Assembly: GCA_963781615.1 (NCBI GenBank)
Contig: CAWAGI010000008.1
Coordinates: forward strand, 3,939 to 67,938
DNA: 64,000 bases
From: an uncultured Actinomycetes bacterium
GTDB taxonomy: Bacteria > Actinomycetota > Acidimicrobiia > IMCC26256 > JACDBD01
Reading direction: 5' to 3'
Translations under genes and position numbers: made by a program
Shown here: positions 1 through 12,055 of the stretch, piece after piece
Layout: every line of letters starts with the position of its first letter
How positions within the stretch are numbered: the first letter of the stretch is position 1
Notes under the pieces: model-generated
Database searches by the model: none
Told to the model about the DNA's origin: nothing
Seen by the model: only the letters and a program-made list of their open reading frames with translations

Positions 1-1244
1 TCCGAGGTGTAGTTGGCCGCCACGATCTCCAGGCCGATCGGCTTCCCGGCCACGACCTTGGCGATCGTCGATGCCCGCGGCGGGTTGCGGTCCTTCGCCG
101 TTCTCCCGTACTTGTAGTCGCCGGCGAGCCCGTCGAACTCGAGTGTGCCGACCTGCTTCAGCGCTTTCTGGATCCCGGCCCTGCTGAGATCGCCGTTCTT
201 CACGGCCTGCTCGAGGACTTGGTCCATTGCCGACGCCTCGACGTATCCGGCTCCGAAGTAGTGGTCCGGTTTCTGGTCCGGCGCGTATTGCTGCTGCTCG
301 TCGATGAGCCGCTTCATACCCGGGACGCTCGTGTCACCCCACGCCGGGCCCTCTACGACCAGCAGGAAGTGCTGTGCGAAGAAGCTCCCGTTGTTCGGGT
401 CGTTCTCGAACCCGGACAGCCAGCTCGGGAGCAGGCCGATGAGCTGCGGCGAGAAGTTCCGGCCGATCATCTTCGTGGCGATCGAGGCGGTGTCGTTCGG
501 TACCGACACCAGGACCACCGCGTCGCACTTCGCGTCGGCGAGCTCACCCACCTGGGCGCTCACGTCCGACGTCGTCGCGAACCGCACGGCCTTGGCCACC
601 TTGAACTTCAGCGTCTTGGAGGCCTGCGACAGCCCGTCGAGGCCGGCGGCCCCGTACTCGTCGTCCTGAGCCATCGCGCAGATCTTCTTTCCCTGGCCGC
701 CGTTCTTCAGGTAGTAGTCGACGCCGTTGGCCGCCTCGACCTGGTACGGCGCGCCGAGCGGCACGAGGTTCTTCTCCCGTATCCACGCTGAGTCCAGCGT
801 GGCCGGCGCGGCGACCTGCTGCTCCTGCTTCAGCCTGGGAAGGATCGACTTCGTGATCTGGGTACCAAGGATCTGCTGGAACGCGACGACGTCATCCTTG
901 ATCTTGTCGTAGGCCTGCAACGCGCTCTCGACCTGGTACTGGCTGTCCTCGACGAGGAGCTCGACCTTGTACTTGCCGGTCACGCCGCCCCTGGAGTTCT
1001 TGGCGTCCCAGTACACCCGGTTGCCTTCCGTGAGCGGCTTGCCGATCACGCTGGCGAGCCCGCTGGTGGGCGTGATCACTCCCAGCTTGATGGTCGTGCC
1101 GTCGAAGCCGGGAACGTCAGGCGGTGTCTTCCCCGAGTGGACGCCACCGGCGAACGCGTGCTGGCTCGTGGCGCCGAAGGCCAGGCCCACGGCGACCAGC
1201 GCTCCGAGGAGCCGCCCGAGCTTCTTCCCCCGCATCGTCGTCAC
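1..1244 (-). CDS. ABC transporter substrate-binding protein, branched-chain amino acid (LivJ/Peripla_BP_6) type; 3' end runs off window
   Basis: Manual translation MRGKKLGRLLGALVAVGLAFG...PGFDGTTIKLGVITPTSGLASVIGKPLTEGNRVYWDAKNSRGGV..KYKVELLVEDSQY; signal peptide; GGAGGG RBS before GTG 1244 (alternative ATG 1235). Confidence 0.85.
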   Translation of the reverse strand, partial: MTTMRGKKLGRLLGALVAVGLAFGATSQHAFAGGVHSGKTPPDVPGFDGTTIKLGVITPTSGLASVIGKPLTEGNRVYWDAKNSRGGVTGKYKVELLVEDSQYQVESALQAYDKIKDDVVAFQQILGTQITKSILPRLKQEQQVAAPATLDSAWIREKNLVPLGAPYQVEAANGVDYYLKNGGQGKKICAMAQDDEYGAAGLDGLSQASKTLKFKVAKAVRFATTSDVSAQVGELADAKCDAVVLVSVPNDTASIATKMIGRNFSPQLIGLLPSWLSGFENDPNNGSFFAQHFLLVVEGPAWGDTSVPGMKRLIDEQQQYAPDQKPDHYFGAGYVEASAMDQVLEQAVKNGDLSRAGIQKALKQVGTLEFDGLAGDYKYGRTAKDRNPPRASTIAKVVAGKPIGLEIVAANYTS

Positions 1245-1452
1245 CTTCGGCCCTCCGTTGGCCGACCGGTACCACAACAGCCGGACCTTGCGACGGCGTC
1301 AAGATTGTCCGCTCGACGGGGGAGCTGACGCCATCGCGCCCTCATCTCGGGGTGGGGTTTCGACTGCAGCTTGTCCGGCCGCGGGTTCGTCTGCAGACAG
1401 ACGAACGGCTTACCGGTGCCTGTGTCGCCGATCCTCATAGCATCGAGAAACG

Positions 1453-2085
1453 GTGAACAGAGTCCAGCACCCGGTCTTCGCTCGCGTCTACCAACGCTTC
1501 AGTCACGTTGCCGAAGCGAAGGGCGCGAGCGACTACCGGGGTCGACTGCTCGCCGGCTTGCACGGCCGGGTGATCGAAGTCGGAGCGGGCAACGGTCTGA
1601 ACTTCTCGCACTATCCGAGCACGGTGACCGAGGTGGTCGCAATCGAACCCGAGTCCTTCCTGCGCGCCCGAGCTGGAGAAGCGGCTCGCTCGGTCTCGAT
1701 TCCGATCACGATCCTCGATGGAACGGCTGACGCTCTTCCTGTCCCAGACGCGATGTTCGACGCCGGTATCGCGTCGCTCGTGCTGTGTTCGGTTCCGGAT
1801 CAGTCAACGGCGCTCGCGGAACTCCGCCGCGTGATCAGCCCAAGTGGTGAACTGCGCTTCTTCGAGCACGTCGTGTCGAACCGTCCCGGACCAGCCCGCG
1901 TGCAACGCCTCGCGGATCGCACGATCCGCCCGTTCCTCTCTGGCGGCTGTCACGCCGGACGCGACACGCTCGCCGCGATCGAGGCAGCCGGTTTCGTCAT
2001 CGAGACGACCGAGCGCTTCAGCTTCCGACCGAATCCAATCGATGTCACATCCCCCCACATCCTCGGAACCGCGCGACGCCCTTGA
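1453..2085 (+). CDS. Class I SAM-dependent methyltransferase
   Basis: VIEVGAGNGLN motif I, LVLCSVPD, ELRFFEHV, GGCH motifs. Confidence 0.9.
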   Translation: MNRVQHPVFARVYQRFSHVAEAKGASDYRGRLLAGLHGRVIEVGAGNGLNFSHYPSTVTEVVAIEPESFLRARAGEAARSVSIPITILDGTADALPVPDAMFDAGIASLVLCSVPDQSTALAELRRVISPSGELRFFEHVVSNRPGPARVQRLADRTIRPFLSGGCHAGRDTLAAIEAAGFVIETTERFSFRPNPIDVTSPHILGTARRP

Positions 2086-2188
2086 CGTCAAGGGTTACTC
2101 GGCTGCTTGCCATGCGCACAGATCGCCGGTGAGAGGCGCGCAGCCCGCCGGCTGGCGGGGTAATGCGGGGCGGAACGAGAGGCCGCGG

Positions 2189-4931
2189 TTACTTCTCCGA
2201 CGCGCAGGGATAGCCGGCGGCGACGCCGACCTCGGGCGGTACGAAGCCGAGGTCCAGGAGCGGTGTGGCGTCGCCGTGGGCGGCGAAGAACTCCGCGGCC
2301 GCTTGGCGTAGCTGTGCGGGGTCGACCTTCTTCTCGAGCTGCTCCACGAGCTTGGCTCGGACCGCCGTCCCGTCGGGGGCGTCCGGACCGAGCAGCGCGT
2401 CCGGTGCAGCGTCGGCGAGCCGCTTGATGTCGCGGTCCCCGAGGCCGAGGGCGCGCAGGCTGGCCACCCCTTGCGCGGGCGCGGTCGAGGATCGGCATGG
2501 CCCGTTCGACCAGCTCCTGCGGGGCGGCGTCGACATACGGGCCGATGTCCTGGGCGAGCGCCGGGGCGTACGCCAAGTCGGTGAGGCCGGGATCGTCGGG
2601 GTCGGCCTGGAGAACGGCGACGGCCCACGCGCTGAGGCTCAGCTTCGCTGATCGCAGCACACGGCAGAAGCGCACCGGGTCGCCCCCGGTCAGCGTCGTG
2701 ATCACGCTCGCCTCGGGCAGCGGCGTCACTTGCCCGACGTCGGGCGAGCCCGGGGCCGGCATCGCGTCGGGCGGAGGCTCGGCGGGGATCTGCGCTTCGT
2801 TGGCCTTGGCGCGCTCCTCCTTCAGGTGCTCGTCGTTGATGTCCTGCACGGTGGAGAAGAGGTCTCCGCGTTCGGCGAACTGCACTTGGACGATGTTGGG
2901 GGCGAGGCCTCGTTCGCGGAGGCACTGCTGGATGCGCTGGTCGAGGACTTCGCGCGAGTTCACGGTCGCCTCCACCGCCGGATTGGGCGGCGACAGCGTG
3001 ACCCAGTGGTTGATGAGGAACAGCTGGGCGTCGGGACGTCCCCGGTTCGGCGCGCAGTCGAACTGCGCCTTGTCGGTGAACGAGAACGGGGTCTCCTGGA
3101 ACCAGTCGTACATGTTGTGGTACCAGGGCGGCCCGCCGGGGTCGCCGCGCTCGGCGAACACCAACAGCGTTCGTCCGCTGTCGATCAGCGTCCGGAGCGT
3201 CGGGAGCGGCTCGCCGTGTCGCAGGGTGGCAACACGATCGCCGAGCCCGGCCGCGTCGATCACCGCGGCCGTGTCGGCCGGGCTCGTGAAGTCATGGATG
3301 GTGAGCATCAGCACGTCGTCGGGGTGGCTGTCGAGGAAGTCCTTGATCTCACCGAGCCCCTTTTCGAGCTCGATCGCACCCGTCTCACAGTTGCTGTGGC
3401 ACATGTAGATGCCGCGCTCGGCGTCGGCGTCCTTGGGTGCTGCGGCCGCGAGTTGCGCCGCCCGCTTCGCCGCTGTCCCATCCTCTTCGCTGTGCCCGCT
3501 CCGGGCCACCACCTCGGCTGCCCTGTCGGTGAGGACGATCGGCGTGTCTTCGCCCGGGATGCGCGCCGCGGACGGGACCCCGTAGTGGGTGTCGATGTTC
3601 ACCGCGCGCACGCCGGCGTTCAGCTGATCCGTGATGGTCCCGGTCTGTTGGGCGAACAGGAAGCCCGGGTAGTCGGGGGACGCAAACCCGTGGTGCACAC
3701 CCGGAAACGTCACCTGGTCGAGCCTGAGATCGCACAGTGAGTTGTCGCGGTTGCAGAGTTGCTCGTCGCTCGCCTCGGCGGCCTTCGTGGCACCTCGCGT
3801 CGTCAGCACGAAGCCGGCCGTGACCAGACCGCCGATCACCACGATCGCGCCCCCGACGGCGACAAGGCGCGGCCAGAGGGCGCGGCGCTGTGCCCGCGTC
3901 GCGGTGATCGCGCGGACGAGGCGGAGGATCTCGGTGACGGCGAGGTAGCCGACCCAGAGCGCAGCGGCGCGGATGAGGAGCTCGAGGTTGCCGAGCGGCT
4001 CCTGGATGAAGACGAGGCTGATGAACAACCCCAGGACACCGAGCACGATCGTGCCGCCCGTGGTCTGCCGGCGCCGCTCGACCCAGCCGCGCGTCCGGTT
4101 CCAGACCTCGGTGGGGGTGTAACGGCGCTCGGTGCTGGTGGCGGCGGCCGCGACGACGAGTCCGTAGGCCGCGATCCACAGACCGATGAGGCGCAGGTCG
4201 CCGGTGGCCTCGCGCAGCGCGCCCTTGATGGCATCGGCGAGTCGGGCGTCCTCGATCTGGCGACCCACGAGCCAGGTCGCGACGAACAGGAGCGCCACGA
4301 TGAACAGGCCGCCGATCAGCGCCGCGATGCCGAGGCGGCGAACCGCCCGCCGTCGATCCTCGGCGAGCACGATGCTGCCGATGGCCGAAGCCAGCCCGAC
4401 GACGAGGGCCGCCGCGGCAACCTGGCCGATGGTGCCCTCGGCGGTCCAGAGGCCGAAGTCGTCGATCTTGCTGGTGACGTCGCTCAGGCTGTTGTCCAGA
4501 CCACTCGCACCCGGCGCGGTCCCACCCCCTCCGGCGCCGGCCTGGAGGCTGCTCGTGATGAGAGAGAAGGAGGCGCCGAGGTCGAGGCCGTTCCGGCCTC
4601 CGCCGTCCCCCTGCTCGATGACCGCCTCGTGGGTCCTGCGAACCGCGTTGCGGAAGATCGACTTGAACGTGTCGGTGTCGATCAGGCCTTCGACCGCAAG
4701 CTCGAACGCAGGCCGGAATTCGGTCGCCTGCTGGTTCCCGGCTTGGATGAGCTGCGCCGTCAACCGGCGCGCGAGCTCCGTCCGCACGGCCTGCGAGTTG
4801 AGCGGCTCGACCGCCCGCTCACTGAACGATTCGCTGTCGTAGAGCGTCGAGTGAGCCCAGGTCGCGAGGACGCCCACCGGGAACAGAACGCCTGCGACCA
4901 CGAGCAGCACGACGCTCGCCACCCGCCGCAT
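2189..4931 (-). CDS. Multi-pass membrane protein fused to a PI-PLC-like phosphodiesterase domain and a C-terminal extracellular domain; frameshift near 2470-2490
   Basis: N-terminal TM helices, then LCNRDNSLCDLRLDQVTFPGVHH, DQLNAGVRAVNIDTH, MCHSNCE, FQETPFSF, CAPNRG, LINHWV; C-terminus continues in ORF 2189..2536. Confidence 0.75.
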
Positions 4932-5064
4932 ACGACCGCAACCGTAATGGGCCATCCGCGTGAGCCCGCCGCGAGGACCTCGCGTACTTCGACCGGCGAC
5001 CATCCGTCGATGCTGCGAGCGCCGATGACAAGCTTTTGAGAATCCATGCGGAAGAAGGAGCCGG

Positions 5065-5535
5065 ATGAGTCTCGGCTATTACGAGGACTGGTCCAAGGCC
5101 GTGCTCGGGCGAAGAAGGCGCGTCCGGGCGCGGGACTGGAAGGCCCCGCGTCGGTTGATGGATCGGACTGACAAGAAGCTGGGGGCGTGCAAGGCCTGGA
5201 TTCTCGGAGGGTCAGCCGGCAACTCGGCCGATGAGCCGTGCATTGTGTTTCTGACGAATCGTGCGCTCTATGTCGATGTGTGGCCCTATGAGGGGGGAAC
5301 ACCCGGAATGATCGTTGCGCCGTTCCACAGGATCGCAAGGTTCGGAATCGAGCGGAACGACGGTGGTGGCACTCGCCTCGTCTTCATCCTCGACACGAAG
5401 GGTAATCAGAACCCAGCCGAGCTGCGGAGCATTGCCGTCGATCTTCCGCGAGACCGACATGGCGCTGCCTTCGGACAATTGGTCGTCGAGACAGTCGGCG
5501 CGCGTGCGTGCACTTCCCGATTCGGCCGCGTGTGA
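5065..5535 (+). CDS. Hypothetical protein (possibly bacterial PH-like fold)
   Basis: GGAG RBS before ATG; beta-rich IVFLTNRALYV segment. Confidence 0.55.
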   Translation: MSLGYYEDWSKAVLGRRRRVRARDWKAPRRLMDRTDKKLGACKAWILGGSAGNSADEPCIVFLTNRALYVDVWPYEGGTPGMIVAPFHRIARFGIERNDGGGTRLVFILDTKGNQNPAELRSIAVDLPRDRHGAAFGQLVVETVGARACTSRFGRV

Positions 5536-5546
5536 CGGCCCGGTAG

Positions 5547-6799
5547 TCAAGCCGTCGGCTGCTGCGGCCGGCCCGGGGATGACCGGGAGCTCGGTGAGGC
5601 CACGGAGGACGAGCCCGTCGCCGTGACCCCAGTGCAGCTCCTCGTCGGGGACGGCGAGTCGGAGCTGCGGGAAGCGGAGGAGCAACGAACGCAGCGCGAG
5701 CTGGCCTTCCATGCGCGCCAGTGCGGCGCCGAGGCAGAAGTGGATGCCGTGCCCGAACGCGATGTGGTGCGAGTTGCCGCGGTCGAGGTCGAGTGTCTCC
5801 GAGTCGATGGCACAGTCGGCATCCCGGTTGGATGCCGCCAAGCAGATGATGACCTGCGCACCGGCCGGGATCGTCACCCCCGCGATCTCCACCGGCTCCG
5901 TCGCGTAGCGGAACGTCGAGTGAGGAACGGGCGAGTCGTACCGGAGCAGTTCCTCGACTGCCGGCGCGATCTCGTCCGGGTTCGCCCGCAGTGCCGCGAG
6001 CTGGTCGGGATGTCGGAGCAACGCGACGACGCTGTTGCCGATCAGGCTCGTGGTCGTGTCGTGCCCGGCGATGATCAGCTGGAGGATCGTCGAGAGCAAC
6101 TCGCGCTGGTCGAGGCAGTCGGTGCCGTCACGCGTGTTGATGAGCGCGCTCACGAGGTCGTCCCCGGGGTCGGCCTGCTTGCTCTCGACGAGCTGGGTCA
6201 GCGATCGGACGACGGCGTCGGACCCCGCCTTCGCCCGCTCGTACTCGGCCGGAGTCGAAGTCGGCATCGACAGGGCGCCGAGCGCCGCGTCCGAACGGCG
6301 CTCGCTCGGGCTCGGGCACGCCGAGCAGCTCGCAGATGACCGTGAACGGCAACGGAAACGCGAACGAGGCGACGAGGTCGACACGCGCGTCCGGTCCTTG
6401 TGCCGCGATGGCGTCGAGAAGATCGTCAATGATGGATTGGACGTGCGGCCGTAGCGCCTCGATCCGACGCACCGAGAACGCCGCCGACACGAGGCGCCGC
6501 AGCCGCGTGTGGTCGGGCGGGTCGACGACAAGCATGTGCCGGGCGAAGTCCGGCCCGGGAAGGCCCTCCGCCACGGTCTCCGAGCTCGACGCCAGCGCCG
6601 CCTGCATGTCTTTGGACAGCCGCGGGTCGTTCAGCAGCGCCTTGGCCTCGTCGTGGCGCGCCACGAGCCAGGCGTCGTGCCCGTCGACGAGCGTCACCTC
6701 ATGCACTGCACCGAGCTCGCGGACCTCGGCGAACAGCGGGTACGGGTCGTCCTGGTCGTACGACCCCCACGCCTCGAACGCCTGCTCCGGAGACTGCAC
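5547..6799 (-). CDS. Cytochrome P450 (CYP107-like), frameshifted near 6290; 3' end approximate
   Basis: DPYPLFAEVR, DPPDHTRLRRLV, AGHDTT I-helix, EELLRY ExxR, FGHGIHFCLG heme motif, split over ORFs 6128..7060 and 5212..6531. Confidence 0.92.
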
Positions 6800-6947
6800 G
6801 ACTTCAGACGTCTCTCGTCGCGTCCGCACTGCCCACCGCGCCACAATACCGGCGAGCGTGAGTTCGCAACTATGGTCACGGACCAGCCTTGAGCAGGTGC
6901 GGCATCGCGCTTTGGCTCCATTGCGTTTTGTCCCAAAGGAGTAACCC

Positions 6948-7346
6948 ATGGCAGATTTTCCGCCGCTCACCCATGTGGCGGTCACCGTGCGAGATCTCTC
7001 GGTCAGCGTGCCCTGGTACGAAGCGCTGTTCGGTTCGAAACCGGTCCTCGACGAGGACACCGACCCCGATTTCCATCACACCGTGTACATGATCGGAAAC
7101 GGCACGCTGTTCGGTGTGCACCAGCACGGGACGCCGGCGCCCGACGAGACGTTCAGCGAGTTCCGGGCCGGCCTCGACCACGTCAGCTTCGGTTGCGCCG
7201 ACCACGCCGAGCTCGAGACCTGGGCACGCCGGCTCGACGAGCTCGGCATCGAGCACGGTGGCATCAAGGATGCGAGATACGGCTCGGGCGTGAGCTTCCG
7301 CGATCCCGACGGCATCGCGCTCGAGTTCTTCTGTCCTCCCAGCTGA
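6948..7346 (+). CDS. VOC/glyoxalase family protein
   Basis: THVAVTVRDL, GLDHVSF, FRDPDGIALEFF; AAGGAG RBS. Confidence 0.92.
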   Translation: MADFPPLTHVAVTVRDLSVSVPWYEALFGSKPVLDEDTDPDFHHTVYMIGNGTLFGVHQHGTPAPDETFSEFRAGLDHVSFGCADHAELETWARRLDELGIEHGGIKDARYGSGVSFRDPDGIALEFFCPPS

Positions 7347-7410
7347 CGGCCGGCGCTGCCGCGGCGCGCTTCCCGACGCCTCACGCAAACCGCACTGACG
7401 CGATTCTCAC

Positions 7411-7947
7411 GTGACTTCGACAAGGCTCGGCCGGGCCACGACGGGGAGCGAGGCTCGAGCCGAGCTCTTTCGCGAGGCCATCACCATGGTCTTGTACGTG
7501 TCGGTCGTCGAGGTCGCCGAGCTCGCGGCGCTCCCCGAGAGCCACTTCGCGCACGGCCGGGTCACGGGCGCGGTCGAGGGACAGCTCTTGGCGATCTTGT
7601 GGGGCACCGCCGTCGGGCTCGCGCTCGCCCACTGGTTCGCGTTCCAGTTCGCTGCGCCCCTCTTTCGCGGGGAACGGCCTACCCGCCACGCCGCTCTCAT
7701 CGGCCTCGTCCAGGTGGGCGGCGCCATGTTCGTCGCCGCCGTCTCGAGCGTGCCCGTGCTCGTGCTCTCAGACGTGCGTGCTCAAGAGACCACGGGCGAC
7801 GTACCCGCACTGCTGATCGGCATCGTCGCGTATGTCGTCGCCCGGATCGCGGGACGCCCGCGCGTCATCTCGTGCCTCTACGGCATCACCGCTCTGGCTC
7901 TCGGCGTTCTCATCGCCCTCGTCAAGAGCATCCTCGCGGCGCACTGA
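7411..7947 (+). CDS. Integral membrane protein (about 5-6 TM)
   Basis: Hydrophobic helices; high-GC codon usage. Confidence 0.75.
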   Translation: MTSTRLGRATTGSEARAELFREAITMVLYVSVVEVAELAALPESHFAHGRVTGAVEGQLLAILWGTAVGLALAHWFAFQFAAPLFRGERPTRHAALIGLVQVGGAMFVAAVSSVPVLVLSDVRAQETTGDVPALLIGIVAYVVARIAGRPRVISCLYGITALALGVLIALVKSILAAH

Positions 7948-7961
7948 ACGGGTCCCGAGAC

Positions 7962-8384
7962 TCACGCCGCTGGCCGCGATGCGGTGATCCGGAACGTCGG
8001 ATGGTCGGCCGGGTCGGGGAGTGCATCGAGTACCGAGCCGACCGTGGGCATCTTGCCGTAGCGATCACGGTAAGCATCGAGCAACTCGCCGCGCTCGGCG
8101 ACGGGCACATCTGCGACTTCGATCTCCTCCACGTCGCCGCGCCGGGCGAGGCGGGCCGTGTGTGAGGCCTCCAGGTTGCGGGCCCAGTCGCTCGCGCCCC
8201 GGTAGGAGATGAGATAGCGCTCGCCGCCGTGGTCGAGGACGGCGACGGGCGTCGTGTGCCACCGTCCGCTGCGGCGGCCGCGCACCGACAGCTTCAAGAC
8301 CAGCGACGGCCGGAAGAGCACCGACATGCGGTTGCCCACGAGGCGTTGCATGAACGGCGGCTTGATGTAGCGAGTCGTGTTCAC
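7962..8384 (-). CDS. Deazaflavin (F420)-dependent nitroreductase/quinone reductase family protein
   Basis: LSVRGRRSGRWHTTPV, SDWARNL, DHPTFRI motifs. Confidence 0.85.
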   Translation of the reverse strand: MNTTRYIKPPFMQRLVGNRMSVLFRPSLVLKLSVRGRRSGRWHTTPVAVLDHGGERYLISYRGASDWARNLEASHTARLARRGDVEEIEVADVPVAERGELLDAYRDRYGKMPTVGSVLDALPDPADHPTFRITASRPAA

Positions 8385-8559
8385 AGGGCTCCCTTCTCGA
8401 CGGGCGGTCGTGACTGATGTACCCGAACCGGTCGCCGGCGACGCCGGGAATCGCCGCCTGAATCATCCGCTCCGGGCGATGCGCTCCGGGCCCGATGCGG
8501 CCACGCTGGGTGCCGCTTCGCATCCCGGCTGCCGGAGGCCGGGAGGAGAGAGGTTCCCC

Positions 8560-9949
8560 GTGGCTCTGCACCGCAAGCTCGTCGAAGACCTCACGCCCTT
8601 GGTCCTGGGCCCGATGTACGCCCGTCCGGGTGAGGCGGTGCGGGCACCACGCCACCGCATCCCGGATCTCGAGCTCGCTCCCGACACCGGCGTATCAGTT
8701 CGTGCGGGACGAGCTGATGCTCGACGGCAACGCCCGACTCAATCTCGCCACGTTCGTGACCACGTGGATGGAGCCCCAGGCCACGCAGCTCATGGCCGAC
8801 ACGTTCGACAAGAACATGATCGACAAGGACGAGTATCCGCGCACCGCGGAGCTCGAGCAGCGATGCGTGAACATGCTGAGCCGCCTGTGGAACTCGCCCG
8901 ACGAAGAGGAAGCCACGGGGACGTCGACGACGGGATCGAGCGAGGCCGCGATGCTCGGCGGGATGGCCCTGAAGTGGCGCTGGCGCGAGCGTCGTCGAAA
9001 GGCCGGCAAGCCGACCGACGCCCCGAACATGGTGATGGGCGCGAACGTCCAGATCTGTTGGGAGAAGTTCTGTCGCTACTGGGACGTCGAGGCTCGCCTC
9101 GTCCCGATGGAGGGGGACACCTATCACCTCACTGCTGCCCAAGCGGCGGAGCACTGCGACGAGAACACGATCGCCGTGGTCGCCGTCCTGGGATCGACGT
9201 TCGACGGTTCGTACGAGCCCGTCGCCGACATCTGCGCCGCGCTCGACAAGCTCCAGGCCGACACCGGTCTCGACGTGCCCGTCCATGTCGACGGCGCCTC
9301 CGGCGGGTTCATCGCACCCTTCATCGATCCCGACATCGTGTGGGACTTCCGTCTTCCCCGCGTGCAGTCGATCAACGCCTCGGGCCACAAGTACGGGCTC
9401 GTCTACCCGGGTGTCGGGTGGATCATCTGGCGGGACCCGGACGCGTTACCCGACGACCTCGTCTTCGACGTCAACTACCTCGGCGGGAACATGCCCACGT
9501 TCGCGCTGAACTTCTCCCGACCCGGCAATCAGGTCGCGGCGCAGTACTTCAACTTCCTGCGTCTCGGGATGGACGGCTACCGGCAGGTGCAACAGACGTG
9601 CCGTGACGTCGCCCGCTACACCGCCGACGCCATCGGCGAGCTCGGGCCCTTCGAGCTCATCACCGACGGGAGCGAGCTGCCCGTGTTCGCGTTCTCGCTC
9701 AAGAATCCGGGCGGGCCGTACACCGTGTTCGACGTGTCCGAGCGCCTCCGGGAGAACGGCTGGCTCGTCCCGGCGTACACGTTCCCGGAGAACCGCCAGG
9801 ATCTGGCCGCGCTCCGGGTCGTGATCCGGAACGGGATGTCACGCGACCTCGCCGACCTCCTGATCGCCGACCTCAAGACGCACATGGCGCGCCTCGACCA
9901 GCTCCAGGCGCCGCTGCCGCAGCCCACCCACGAGAGCTTCCACCACTGA
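8560..9949 (+). CDS. gadB: Glutamate decarboxylase (frameshift near 8690)
   Basis: DELMLDGNARLNLATFVTTWME, NMIDKDEYP, HVDGASGGF, SINASGHKYG (PLP lysine); N-terminus VALHRKLVED lies in the adjacent frame after GGAGAGAGG. Confidence 0.95.
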
Positions 9950-10036
9950 GGAGTGGTCATCCTCGGACGCGCTCGCTCTCGCAGTCTCTGAGCGCGAGGA
10001 TCGGCGCTTCGTCGATGCGCCCGACCGTCGAAGGGG

Positions 10037-11377
<1,341 letters not shown>

Positions 11378-11479
11378 CCCGGCCTTCGTAGTCCGCCCGC
11401 AGCGAGATCGAACACGTCGACGAGTGGGACCGACCACGCCGTCCTTTCGGACCGGCAGCGGCCGACGTAGCCTGCGGTT

Positions 11480-11773
11480 GTGGACACCGCGGAGCAACTA
11501 CGCGAGGTTCGATCGAAGATCGACATCGCGCTCGAGGCGGTCCGTGCCGATCAACAGGCGTCGCCGGTTCTCGTCGCCGTGGTCGGTGAGTTCGCGGCCA
11601 AGGGTGCGAAGGCAGCAGCGGCCGACGACGAGCGCGGCGCCGTCATCGAGCTCGAGCAGGCCGGTGACAGCGCCAAAGCGGCGGCCGAGGCGGACGCCGG
11701 TGCCGCCGACGGCACTCGCCAGGCGGTGCTCGATGCCCACCTGGCGATCTGCATCGCCAAGTCGAAGCTCTGA
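11480..11773 (+). CDS. Small helical hypothetical protein
   Basis: 97 aa with plausible codon usage; ELEQAGDSAKAAAEAD..HLAICIAK. Confidence 0.7.
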   Translation: MDTAEQLREVRSKIDIALEAVRADQQASPVLVAVVGEFAAKGAKAAAADDERGAVIELEQAGDSAKAAAEADAGAADGTRQAVLDAHLAICIAKSKL

Positions 11774-11902
11774 GTCGTCCTTCTCGAACTTCGAGCTCGC
11801 AGCCCGGGCGATGGCGGCGCCTCGATCCGCTCGGTCGGTCAATTCCTTCATCACGACAAGCTGAGGTCAGCTCGGAGGCGTCGACGAGGCGGGGATCGGA
11901 CG

Positions 11903-11946
11903 CGGGAGGCGGGGGATCCGGTCGTGTTGGACCTCTCCCGCCTCCC
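11903..11946. terminator. GC-rich stem-loop between convergent genes
   Basis: GGGAGGCGGGGGATCC...GGACCTCTCCCGCCTCCC imperfect inverted repeat. Confidence 0.55.
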
Positions 11947-11996
11947 ATACTTCCGGAGCGTCCCTAAGGCGGAGATTGTGGGACGGGCTGGGGAAG

Positions 11997-12005
11997 TTAT
12001 CCACA
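11997..12005 (+). promoter_or_regulatory. Single perfect DnaA-box consensus
   Basis: TTATCCACA in intergenic DNA. Confidence 0.35.
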
Positions 12006-12055
12006 GTCTGCTCCCACCACGGACAGTGGTCAATGGGCAACCTGGGCTCGGTGTC

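Noticed and set aside
11970-12030. oriC
   Set aside because: Only one perfect DnaA box; no AT-rich unwinding element and no dnaA/dnaN.
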